The position numbers and the translations under genes were made by a program. DNA of 64,000 nucleotides from Phyllosticta citribraziliensis. Taxonomy: Eukaryota. The DNA lies in the NCBI RefSeq assembly GCF_038025025.1, contig NW_027117351.1, positions 434,001 through 498,000 on the forward strand, in the 5' to 3' direction. Each line of letters begins with the position of its first letter. Positions within the stretch are counted from its first letter, which is position 1. The notes under the pieces were generated by a model. The model saw nothing but the letters and a program-made list of their open reading frames with translations, had not been told where the DNA came from and made no database searches. Of the stretch, positions 1 to 10,980 are shown one piece after another.

Positions 1-904
1 CTTCCAGACGCTGTTCAACTACGTGCTGCTGTTCGCCGTGTACACGCCGTACACCATCTACCGGCTGGGGTGGCGCGAATGGGCCCGCGGCGTCATCCTC
101 AAGGACGGGTGGCGGTACATCTTGCTCAGTTTCTTGGACGTCGAGGGCAACTACTTCACCGTGCTGGGCTACCGCTACGCGACCATCCTGTCGCTGCAGC
201 TCATCAACTTCTGCGCCATCCTGTCCGTCGTCGTGCTGTCGACGCTGCTGCTGCGCGTGCGCTACCACGTCGCGCAGTACGCCGGCATCGTCATCTGCAT
301 CGGCGGCATGGGCCTGCTGCTGGCATCCGACCACATCACGGGGAGCAGCAGCGGCGCCGCCAGCAACCAGCTCAAGGGCGACCTGTTCGCGCTGCTGGGC
401 GCCCTCATCTACGGCGCCACCAACGTCTACGAGGAGTGGTTCGTGTCCAAGCGGCCCGTCTACGCCGTGCTGTCGTCCATGGGCCTGTGGGGCACCCTCA
501 TCAACGGCACGCAGGCCGCCATCTTCGACCGCGCCTCCTTCTCCACCGCGACCTGGAACGCCCCCGTCGCCGGCTACCTGACCGGCTACACGCTCGTCCT
601 CTTCCTCTTCTACAGCCTGGCCCCCCTCGTCTTCCGCATCGCCAGCGCCGCCTTCATGAACATCAGCCTGCTGACCGGCAACTTCTGGGGCGTCGTCATC
701 GGCATCCGCGTCTTCCACTACTCCATCCATTGGATGTATCCCATTGCCTTTGTGCTGATTCTGTTCGGCCTCTTTGTCTATTTCTTGAGCGAGAGCGTCT
801 TTGGCGAGGCCAAGAAGCCGTGGTTGGGCGAGCGCCAGGAGGAGGGCGTTGATGGCGTTGGCACGGCCAAGCGGATGGTCCAGCATCCCGAGGCGCTGGT
901 TTGA
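1..904 (+). CDS. SLC35F/DUF914-type solute carrier (drug/metabolite transporter superfamily), 5'-truncated by the window edge
   Basis: The frame is open from the window start (FQTLFNYVLL...). It has multiple TM helices, the motifs DVEGNYF, GDLFAL..A..YG.TNV.EE and SAAFMNISLLT, strong GC3 bias, and a stop at 904. Confidence 0.85.
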   Translation, partial: FQTLFNYVLLFAVYTPYTIYRLGWREWARGVILKDGWRYILLSFLDVEGNYFTVLGYRYATILSLQLINFCAILSVVVLSTLLLRVRYHVAQYAGIVICIGGMGLLLASDHITGSSSGAASNQLKGDLFALLGALIYGATNVYEEWFVSKRPVYAVLSSMGLWGTLINGTQAAIFDRASFSTATWNAPVAGYLTGYTLVLFLFYSLAPLVFRIASAAFMNISLLTGNFWGVVIGIRVFHYSIHWMYPIAFVLILFGLFVYFLSESVFGEAKKPWLGERQEEGVDGVGTAKRMVQHPEALV

Positions 905-1195
905 GGGGGGGGGGAAGGAGTTTGGAGAGGGCGTCCGACTGCTTGGTCCTTATACCCGTAGACGGAACGCTTGTATTGCTAGACAACGTCACAGCTTGAC
1001 TATGCACAGTGCCCCGAAACTCGCGTGGATCAGATTGCGTGAGTGTGGATTACATGAGTTGATTCAGCAGATCACGGCAAGAGTTATGGCATGGAAAGAT
1101 GGAGAATGAGCCCCTTCTTGATACAATCAGTCGACCCGATATCGAGACGCCCTATCCCAATCCCAACCACTCCCACCCACCCAGCCACCGAGGCC

Positions 1196-1366
1196 ACAGT
1201 GGGAATCGGGAAAATCCCGGATCTGGCTGTAGCAATGAACGACTGCTTCTTAAGCGTGGCCACAGCGGTGTATGAATGCTCCCTAAATATAGCTATAGCA
1301 GTGCATGAATGCTCCCTAGACGCACTCATACTACTGCCAGGCCTCATTTCTTCCGACTCCCACTGT
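1196..1366. mobile_element. MITE-like element, family A, complete copy
   Basis: Imperfect TIRs ACAGTGGGAATCGGGAAAAT / ATTTCTTCCGACTCCCACTGT. Direct repeat GAGGCC on both flanks (1190-1195, 1367-1372). Internal TGAATGCTCCCT cores 33 bp apart. Homologous to 63854-64000 and 50357-50469. Confidence 0.75.
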
Positions 1367-1379
1367 GAGGCCGTCACCG

Positions 1380-3602
1380 TCACAGTTTACTCTCCCTCGG
1401 TCTCCCCTCCTCCACACCACTCATAACACGCGCAGGACCCAACGCCCCACTCATCTCAAACCGCTCAGCCTTTGCCTCGTCGTCACCATCGCCAAAGAGC
1501 ACCCTCTCGCGCCCGCCCCGCGTCGACCACCACGCCACAGCCACAAGACTGCGCTCGGGGTCCATCTCGCCGCCCACCAGCACCTCCCAGAAGCGGCGGC
1601 GCACGACGTCGCGCAGCGGCTCGTCCGCGATGGCGTTGACGAGGTCGGCGCAGAGCGGGAGCCACTCCTCGAGCAGCGGGACTGGCAGCAGAGGGAGGGC
1701 GTCGAGCAGCGTGAGCGCGAGGACTGCCTGCTCTGACAGTGCGGCCTCACCCGGCGCCAGCGTCTCGGCGCCCGGTGGTGGCGGCGAGGGCGTGACGGCC
1801 GTGGGCAGCGGGGTTGCGGGCGCCGACAGCGCGCGATGGTGGACCAGTTCGCAAAGGGTGGCGGGGAGGTCGGGCTGCGACGACGACAGCGGCGAGGGCG
1901 GCGTCGTCACTTGCATCAGCGTCTTGAAGGCGAGCCGGAACTGTCGCGGCGACAGGTTCGCAGGGAAGGCGGCAAACAGGCTTGACACGTAAAAGGGGAG
2001 GTGCCGGCCGGCGAGTGCGGGCCCGGACGTTCGCGACGAGAAGACGGAGAGCATGACCGAGTGCGCGGCTTCGAAGATGGGGAGGAGGTGGCGGGAGCCG
2101 CCGACCCCAAGATACGGCGTGGATGCGGTAACAAGGAGCTCTTCGGCCGTCTGCGGGGAGAGGATGGGCGCAAAGTGTTCGGCTGTGTTGAGGAAGAAGA
2201 GGTCCTGAACGCGGTCGAGAGGGTGGCGAGGGATTTGTCCGAGGGTTGCGGGTCGTATGGCTTTGAGAAGTGCATCTGCTTGCATGGGGTATTGCGAAAG
2301 GATATCAAGAGAAGTCAGATAGGAAAAAGTGTATTGAGAAAGCGAATTGGCACCCAGCCGCGAGCTGATGAAGTAGAGGTTTCTCAGCGTGTGGAGGGAG
2401 TGAGTGACGAGAATTGGTGCAACTGCTAAAATCAGTAGATGGCCTCCAGTTGGATGAATCGACATACCTCCATCTGCCGCAAGAGTTCCGTCTCCAAGAA
2501 TCCTGCCTAGTGCCCCGCGGAGTATTATCACTATGGCAAACAAGGCCGATTTCAGAGTTTTCCAAAGCAAAGGCAGAGTACTCTTAATCGTCTCCTGGGA
2601 AAGATGGGCAGCCTCCTCTGACTGGTCAATCTCAGACAGCTTGTTCTGGCGCCACTGGAGATTCAACGTCCGGGCGAACCCCGCAATGTCGTCAATCATG
2701 GTCTGTATGAGTCCTGAATTCTGGACATTCTCGACGGTGTGAGCTACAAGCCTCGAGAAAGGCCCCATGTACGTCATCAGAGGGCGGGACATGATGCGTT
2801 GGAGCTGGTGGTACGAGGTTGATCTAGCTGACCAGCCCAACTTTTGCCCGGGGACTTCGACGACGTCCAGGTCAATGGTTCCGAGGAAGTATGCCGAGTG
2901 AAAGCCTTCGTTCGAAAAGAATGCTGATCCGATCAACACTGGCAACAAATGGTCGTAGTCCAGCTGCGCCCTCTCCGTTTCTGAAAGGACGGGGAAAACG
3001 TGGTTCAGCACCATGGCGATGCACTGTCCTCCAAAGTCGTCTTCCCTCGCCTCTTCCAGGGCCATGTTTGTTGCCTCTACAAATGCTCTCTGTAGAGATG
3101 ATTGCAGACTCTTTGAAAAGGTGCAATCTTCTTCTTGATTTGAACCTAACAGTAGACCAGCGAGGATCAAAATGTGCTTCCATCGCGGAGATCTCTCATC
3201 GGCTCCCTTTGCAACCGCCCGCGCCCACTCCTCGGGGATCATTCCACCCCCAACCGGTATTTGGCCAGGCAGAGGCGGCTTCGCAGTGCCTTCCCTGACG
3301 TCGCGATCATGTTTGAGAAAGGTGTAGGTCGCAGAGTGGAAGAGACTCATGAAGCGCTGACAAGTGCGCAGGCCGTCCGGACGTTCCCATATTGCAGGCG
3401 CAAAGAGTAGCTGGCCAGTGAGGAGCTGGATGTTGAGAGGATTCGTAAGAGTCGTGAGAAGCGATGCTGCTGTAGCAAGAAGCCTGTGATGATGAGCGGA
3501 GATAAACATGTGGACGCGCGCGGCTTACCTCGGGGTATCCTGCTGGTCAGTCCATATCTGGAGTGATCTCAGCAGGGTCTCTAGCAGCCTATCTGCTGGC
3601 AT
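1380..3602 (-). CDS. PEX8: Peroxin Pex8 (fungal Pex8/Pex17 type) with C-terminal PTS1
   Basis: Exon 1 reads MPADRLLETLLRSLQ; introns at ~3484-3528 and ~2426-2467. Motifs LTNPLNI.LLT.QLL.APAIW and FEAAHSVML; the protein ends -SKL. Confidence 0.85.
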
Positions 3603-3816
3603 TGCGCGAGACAGAGTGCGGTATCCGCGCCGTCATGTCAAGGTCGAGGCGATGGTGTTGAGCTGCGGTCGGCGGCGCTGGGCCGAGGCATACATCATCC
3701 GTGGCAGGGCAGGGATCACCTCAGTCGGACCGAAAGTCAATGTCCGGGGAAGCATCGCACTCGGTCAACCACTCACAGGCGTCGCAGCATAAGGCGAATT
3801 CCGACAACAAGCTTTC

Positions 3817-4354
3817 ATGAGGTACCGCTCCAAATGTCTATCCCCATTTCACTAAACATGCGCTCATGGGTGCCGTTCCCAGTGTCGTCTACCGCTACAA
3901 CAGCGTCCCGCGCGACTACACGACGCCCCCTTTCCCGTCGCTGTATTGGCCTTTTCCCGTCCGCGGCCACCAGGCCTACTACCTCTACGATGCCGGCGAC
4001 ATTTGGCGCTTTACCCTGACCTGGACGCTCCTCTTCTTCGGTGCCGTTCACCTCGCAACCTCCGGCTATGCGGTCATCGTCCAATGGCGCAACTGGAAGG
4101 TCATTTGGATAGTGCCCGTCATATACTGCGTTATTGGCGGCATAGAAGCATTAATAGCTGGAAGCATCGTGGGAGGACTGTACGTACGATGTACCCCTTT
4201 GAAGATACACCGCTAACGCGCTATCTGACGCAGGCTGGGTGGCGTTTACAGCTCCGGCTACTACAGCATGTCCACCTGGATGCCGTTTGTCTGGGCCTTT
4301 ATCAACACTCTGGTCCTCATCTTGTCTTCGTTCGCCATTCAGGGCAGTCTATGA
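3817..4354 (+). CDS. TMEM170-like small integral membrane protein
   Basis: PFPSLYWP...YLY...DIWRFTL.WTL, intron ~4180-4233, last exon GGVYSSGYYSMSTWMPFVWAFINTLVLILSSFAIQGSL*. Start uncertain (ATG 3817 plus an intron, or ATG 3866). Divergent from PEX8. Confidence 0.75.
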
Positions 4355-5703
4355 TTGGCACAGAGGATACATCACGGCCTGGAAGAAATGGCTCGGCTTG
4401 CCTCCCGCTCGATGCACGAAGAGACCGTTCACTCGTTGGAATCCGGGGAAGAGCAAGGTGCCGTGCCGCTCCGACATCAGCGTCTGTAGAACCTGTTGTT
4501 ATCTGGATCCCCCGCCGAGCATCTCAAGGCGACATTGCTCTACAGATGGGAAAGGCTGTCGCCAGCTGCTCCACTGCCCGTTACGCAGCTCAAACATTCC
4601 GAAAGAAAAGCAGAAGCAGAATTTCTGCGTAACGATAAGCGTGTCAAAATCACGGCCACCGCTCTTTCAGTCGAAGCTCAGTGGTGGCTAGCTCCATGCG
4701 CAAGACTGCCTTTTTCGCGGCTTTCCACATTTAGCAACTTCAAACGTCGCAAAGATGCGATATCGGCAGGCTCCATTTCTAGCGTCCCGCAAGTAGGAGC
4801 TCAGCCTGGCCTGTGCGCCTGGGGTTTGTGGAGAAGACACCACATGTCGATGATGCAGCCACTACGCAGCAGCTTGGTCTGTAATCGGGCCCCTACAATC
4901 ATGCTGTCGATTGTCCCTGCTTCGACTTGGTTTTCCGGCTACCTGGTTTGGTGTTGGCAGGTAAATGTCATCTGTCATCCCCAAACCAACATGCTAGCAC
5001 ACCACAAACGCTTTTGAGATTGTAGCACACGTTGGATTACTCCAACTTCTGTTGTGATCTGTTTTATATCGGCATTGCCCAGTCGCCTCTCCCTGAACGC
5101 CGCGATCCCGGGCCTGGAGACTCAGATACTCGCCCAATAACAAATTACGCATCTGTCTCTGACCTGTCTCTGTACATTTTGATTGAAAAGGATCCCGATG
5201 CTTGAAATACTTCAAGGGTACTTTGGCCTTTTTCCCTGGGCTGTCCGTGCTCAGCCCCCGGTGTTTTCTCGCCTAGTGTCAATTCAGGCGGTCTTAGGCA
5301 CGCACATGACGATGATGCTTCATGACGAACCAGCACCAAATTTCAGGGGTCCTACTGAACCACGTTCTTGTATGCGTCTGGTTCTTCGCGTGGAAGTCTC
5401 GCGCAGTTGTTGTTGGTTTCCTGCATTGTTTTGACCCCACAACACCACATACATACATACGTTCTCTGCAAGGCTGAGCGCTCACTCTCGCCATCACCTT
5501 ACCGACCACGACTTCGTACTACAACAATTGGACATCTCTGCTTTGTCTGCTGTGCTGGTCAGTCTTCGAATCGTGCCACGACCAACCATCTCAAGGCCCC
5601 CAGCGCCACCAGTGCACTCGGCTGAAGCCAACCAACATACGCATAAAAAGCAACTTTCGGGGGGTCACATATGTAGGCTCAGCCGCCTCTCAGACGGACT
5701 CAG

Positions 5704-6486
5704 ATGCTAATAGGAAGTAGAATTGCAGCGCTCAGATTGCTGTCGAGGATGATGCAGAGGAGGAGACTATCCAAACCTGCCCCGCTGGGCCAGACCGTCA
5801 AATCCCGAAGTCGCACCAGCCTCGAAGACAATGAAGTTTCTACATTGCTGCTAGACGAGCATCATACTTTTCCGCACCGCTTTTTCCGTTCTCACACCAC
5901 TCCAACCACCAACACTGCTGCGTCTCCCAGTGTCCGTCGAAACAAGAGTGCTCCGTCTTGCTTCCAGGTCTTGCCACCTGCTCGCTCAGCAGTATCAATC
6001 TACGAGGAATCGTCGGCTTTTGCAGCTCGCACAACTTCCAAGAAGTTGCAGAAGAAACAGCCTCTGGGCGAGGAAGACGGCAACGCTGGGGAGCGCTCCA
6101 GCACAGATCCTACCGCGAAACAGACGGCAATTGAAGAAGCACGTTCTCTCCTTGGTTTCGGACCCCGCGAGACTACCTTCGCTGTCAATGACAAGAACAA
6201 ATCGATACCTCATCCACCTTCATCTTTTGCTGTCAACGCGAGCTCTCCAGCCGTCACCAGCAACTACCACCCGCCACAGCCCTCAGGTCACAGCATCCAA
6301 CATCCAATCAACGTGGTTCATCAAAAGCCTTGTCCGCTGATTCGCAGAGGCACAATACAGCCTCTGAGGCGTTGGAAGTGTTGCAACTGCGGTGTCAAGA
6401 CCAACTACGATTTCCATGTTTGCTCGAGGCTTGCGTGTGGTCATGAGCGTTGCGAGGGTGCTTGTGTCACTTTTGAGCCTACTTGA
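5704..6486 (+). CDS. Hypothetical protein with C-terminal Cys/His zinc-binding motif (paralog 1 of 4)
   Basis: Low-complexity Ser/Pro body; C-terminus WKCCNCGVKTNYDFHVCSRLACGHERCEGAC. The true start may be ATG ~5749 after a 5' intron. Confidence 0.75.
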   Translation: MLIGSRIAALRLLSRMMQRRRLSKPAPLGQTVKSRSRTSLEDNEVSTLLLDEHHTFPHRFFRSHTTPTTNTAASPSVRRNKSAPSCFQVLPPARSAVSIYEESSAFAARTTSKKLQKKQPLGEEDGNAGERSSTDPTAKQTAIEEARSLLGFGPRETTFAVNDKNKSIPHPPSSFAVNASSPAVTSNYHPPQPSGHSIQHPINVVHQKPCPLIRRGTIQPLRRWKCCNCGVKTNYDFHVCSRLACGHERCEGACVTFEPT

Positions 6487-7065
6487 GAAGCTCTCTTGTC
6501 TGTTTTATGGACTTGGGTCAAGATACTCGACACTTTCGCGCCGGGCGGGTGCTGCGGTTGAAATATATCTCACATTGCTTTCTCCAATTTATACATGGTG
6601 TATCGGTAGTTGTTCTCTCTTAGTATACCGTCAACATCTGAGCAACTTCAAGTAAGGCAGGACGAGAAAACTTCCTTTGATTTTGGGGTACGCAAAGTTG
6701 CAACTTGGCTGGGGAAACAAAGCCATAACAGCTGGTCGCTTGCCCGCTTGCAGGACTGTTTCCAGAAGCCCCAGCGTACTGCTTGTTGTGGGGACGCTCT
6801 ACTGCAAACTCCACTGCTGCGTGTACCCAATTTCCACCAACACTGCACCCAATCAATCATCCCGACCGCTCTTCTCTCGCCAGACTCTCCTTCCAACACG
6901 AAAGGGAGCTGTCCATCCTGCTTATCCCTTCCAACCTCTACTTCATGGTTTCGTCTTCTGGGCAGTCTCTTCTATATACATGTAAGTCTCCATGGTCTCT
7001 GCCACAGCACTTTAGACCGAAGCTTACGAAGATTCGAATACAAGGTTTCTGGAGACTACGGCACA

Positions 7066-7691
7066 ATGAAGACCGGAAAGGAGCTCCGAAACAAACTCAA
7101 GAAGCACAAAGGCTTGGGTGCTGCCTCTCGACGCAATGTCGATACGCAAGACCACAGGCACGCCGAGATGCTTGATTCCGAGCGTAAGTTCAGCGGAATT
7201 GTAGCGCCTTGAGACGAAGACGTTGACTCCATACAGCGAAGGAACCTGCGCGGCTGTCTACTGATGCTAGCGGCCAAACCTTGTCCCCAATTTCCAACAA
7301 CATCCCTACTGATGTTAATGCCGCGACCCTCCTGCCTCATGAGCAGATGGGCTCTTCTGCCCGCGATTCGATTTCCTCGAGAAGCAGCTGGGACCGCGCG
7401 GTCCTCGCCGAGTTTACACCTGAGCTGTGCACTGCCACCAAGCAGACCGACGACACTCTCGTCGCCTCGCGCACTCATTCGCAGAACGCCGACGAGATTG
7501 AGCATCCATTCAAAGTATACTACCAGAGAGCCCGTTCAGGACTTGCAGGAGGGCTGATCCACGCGTGGAAGAAATGGGAATGCTGCCATTGCGGCTCGGT
7601 GACGCACTACGAGAACCATTTCTGCTCGCGTCTGCCGTGCTGCCACAAGCGCTGCGAGGCGCAGTGCACGACTCTTGAAGCTTCTGGCTAG
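7066..7691 (+). CDS. Hypothetical protein with C-terminal zinc-binding motif (paralog 2 of 4)
   Basis: Lys-rich exon 1 (MKTGKELRNKLKK). The phase-1 intron 7184-7236 (GTAAGT..TTGAC..CAG) joins in frame to WECCHCGSVTHYENHFCSRLPCCHKRCEAQC. Confidence 0.75.
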
Positions 7692-8474
7692 GCAAAGGCA
7701 AAGGCCAGACGATCTTTCTGGCCACTTCGGAGAGTATTTGGGCGGATGGCGTGTGGGCTTGACTGGAGTGATTGGAATAAAGGCTGGTTATAGACGAGAA
7801 GGCGAGCCCGGCCGATTTCGTGCGCGACTGGAAAGAGGGCGTACCTCAAAAACAACTTGCTTTTCAAATCGCCCTTGAGAGTCCCAATTGGCGACGTTCT
7901 CTCTGAAGCGCGTCCAAGTTTTACTGATCTTTGGGTGCCATTCGTAGTGGGGAGGACGCGACGGTGGACAACTTCCTCAGTCTTTATTCCCAGTTTTTGG
8001 CGCGCTGGGGCATCTCATGAAATTAACACCAGCGCAGTGGTATTACCAGTCCGGCCCACGGCAGCTGCACCCACGCTCTGCTGGGCCAAATTCGGCAGTC
8101 TATTGTTGACATTGTTCACACTATTCACTTTGGTGTGCTCGGGGCCTGCCGGGTCTACTTTCACAGTCTGTTGGCATTGTTTACATGGGTTTTGAACATT
8201 TGGGGTGTCCGGCTGCACTCGACTGTATTCACTTTAGTTCACAATGCTCTTGGGAAGGCCGTGCAATAAGAATGCCCACCTACCTCTGTGCGCCCGTCTT
8301 CATCTTCCTCTCTCTCCTCTAACATCTTCAAACCTCTACATCGCGGACCTTGACTGCGACGTTTCCTTCAAGCATCCTTACAAGCGCCATTCACTACGTA
8401 TGCTGCCATCCTCTTCGCATTCGATGCTCCTGCTGATCAAGACGAGACAGAAGAAACAACTCCAAGGTCTCAAA

Positions 8475-9123
8475 ATGGAGGCATACAACAGATCTCGCAA
8501 AAAGGTCTCGAAGTTTGCAAAGCCCAAGAATGGCGACAAGTCGACCATTCGCCGCCGCCGCGCTGCTCGCCACTCTGAGCGTAGGAACGCTGAGGCCTCA
8601 CGTTCTGACGGTAAGTTCGCCCGAACCTCAAAAGCTGCGATACCCTGAGAACAAGACCCTGACTGAGAATGCAGAGAGCAATTCTTCAGGCTCGACCCGT
8701 GGATTCTTTGCCCGCTTTCGCAAGCGTCAAGCCTCGCCCACCGGAGACAACCCAACCAAGAAGACCGTCTTCTCGCCCTTCAAGACGTTCGCCAACAAAA
8801 AGATCTCCGCACTCAAGGCACGCTTCGCAACTCGCATGCCGACGATCGCAACTCTCTTCGCCGGACTCCTCAAGCCCAAGTCGAGCACAAGCACCCCGGT
8901 GACTTTGACGCCTGAACCACAGGTCGCCGAAGAAGAGGAGGATTACCAACACGACACTCGCCAGCAGCTGCCGCGTCCTCCATCCGGTGGACTCCTCAGC
9001 GCTGTGAGGTCATGGGAGTGCTGCAGCTGCGGCGGCACAACCGGCTACAACAATTACTTCTGCCCGGAGTGTGGCAAGAAGCGCTGTGGCAGCTGTTCTA
9101 CGACCCACGAGCCTTACGTCTGA
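8475..9123 (+). CDS. Hypothetical protein with C-terminal zinc-binding motif (paralog 3 of 4)
   Basis: Basic exon 1 (MEAYNRSRKKVSK, good AAAATGG context). The phase-1 intron 8611-8674 joins in frame to WECCSCGGTTGYNNYFCPECGKKRCGSC. Confidence 0.7.
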
Positions 9124-9960
9124 ACAAGAAGACTTTGACGGTTCGGTGAAGGATCGGGCTCCGTCAAAGAAGGCTCTGTATCATTCTTCTCTCTTTTGGG
9201 TTTCATTTGCTATAAAGGATATCGACTTGGGTGGGATGGGATACGATGCGGAGTTCAGGCAAATTGGGCGTACAGGGCAGATAGCCGGTGTTAATTGGCG
9301 ATGGAGTCTTTTCTGGTGTCTCTTTGAATCCCTTTGTTTCAGCTCGTGGTTTTCTACTGCTGCCTCCCTTCTGAGGCAATACAAATTAAAACCTGGGGCT
9401 TTCCACGGTGCATGCTCCACCTTCAGGGTTCGTGATCGTGACAAAGTGTAAAGGAAGATGGTTGATTTGACGGAAGCTTGGAACGACTTGTAGGTGAATG
9501 TAATGTCCTTCTCCCAGCAGCAAGGTGGCTTGCAGAACTGAAAGCAACTTTTCCCGTGTCCATCACTGCTCTTGATGCTTTCCTGCAATGCCGCCTGTTT
9601 GACCACCCTAGCCGTTTTGGGCTGTTCGTGGTAAGCGAGGTTGCGTAAACACCGATATTGACCGCGTCCTCCTCCAAATTCTTGCACAACAGAGCCTAGC
9701 CAGCTGTTGATTCAACCCCGGTTTGAATCATCTGGCTCGCTGTCGCGCGTTGGGAGCTTTCTTCCGTTTGCTTCTTTTCTCGTCAGTCCTCCCCCTTCAG
9801 GTGTTTGTCTTTGCATGAGAACTCACCTCTTCTCACAGCCCCAGGTAACAAAACCTCGCCCAAACCAAGGCCGCCCAAGTAAGAATCTTCCCGTGGTGAA
9901 GGCTGGACCTGGTGCTAACCAAGAGGCCAGGTAACACTGCTATTAGAACCTCGCGTCACG

Positions 9961-10980
9961 ATGTCTGCGCCCGCTGCGCCCGCCGCTGTGGAGCAGGAGG
10001 TAAGAGCAGGCTCCGGAACCTCCTAGACTTGCGCCGAGAAGACTCATTAACGACATCATCAGGGTGCGCCGCTCTCGGCGTCGAGCCCTGAGCATAAAAG
10101 GGCGGAGACGGAAGCCCCGTCTCCTTCTTCCTCGAACCTTGACCTCGAGGAAGACGACGCCGACGACGAAGCCCCTCTGCTCCCACACGAGCGGATCGAC
10201 CCCCCGGCGCCCTCTCCCTCTCCCTCACCCTCCCCCTCCCCATCCCCCGAGAGCCCAGGCTCTCCCGACACCATGCGCCGCAGCAACAGCGCTCCGGCCT
10301 CGTCCTCCTCGTCGTCGTCGGGTCTCGCCGCCCTGACGCGCGCCACGGCTCGCCGCCTCCAAAGGAGGTCGTCCTCCAAGGCGAAGACCGGCGGCGACGA
10401 GGCTGGTCAGGCCGGCCCGCCTGCGGCCAACAGAGAAGACCTCATTCGTGAGGCACAGGCTGCCCTGGACCTGGGACCGCGGGACCCCACGCTGTCCACC
10501 ATCGTGTCGGCCATGTTGTCGGCACCTCAGCGCGCCACCACCACCACCACCGCCGCCGCCCCATCCTCCTCCTCCGCCGCCGCCGCTGCCGGCACCTCCA
10601 CCCGGGACTTTGCGCCCGTCCAGCAGCTCTCCAGCCTCCGCGTGGCCAGCGACGAGGCCGACGACGAAGCCGGCGCTCTCGAGGCCGACATGGCGAGCTA
10701 CATCAACGCGCCCTCGCCCCAGCCAGCCCAGCCCGCCGCCCAGGAGTGGGTCGCGCCCAACGACGACGACGACGTCGTCCACCACCCGCGCCACGTCGTG
10801 TACATGCGGCCCGTCAAGACCATCGGCCCGTTCGGCATGTGGCTGGAGGAGTTCAAGCGCTGGCAGTGCTGCCACTGCGGCTGCAAGACGCACTACGAGA
10901 ACCACGTCTGCTCCAACCTCTCTTGCATGCACCGTCGCTGCTACGAGCATTGCTGCACCTGTCTGCCTGCCAACGGTTAG
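9961..10980 (+). CDS. Hypothetical protein with C-terminal zinc-binding motif (paralog 4 of 4)
   Basis: Exon 1 MSAPAAPAAVEQE, intron 10000-10062, in frame with ORF 10273-10980 ending WQCCHCGCKTHYENHVCSNLSCMHRRCYEHCCTCLPANG*. High GC3. Confidence 0.8.

Noticed and set aside
1091..1426. ORFs with 11-aa 'ECSL' repeats (also 63731-63985 and 41375-41884)
   Set aside because: They are a by-product of the 33-bp MITE repeat; the frame and start are not kept across copies.
2426..2467. Apparent peptide insertions in PEX8, the Sec7 domain (~31053-31103) and the SDR
   Set aside because: They are short stop-free 3n introns with canonical GT/branch/AG signals, read through by the ORF finder.
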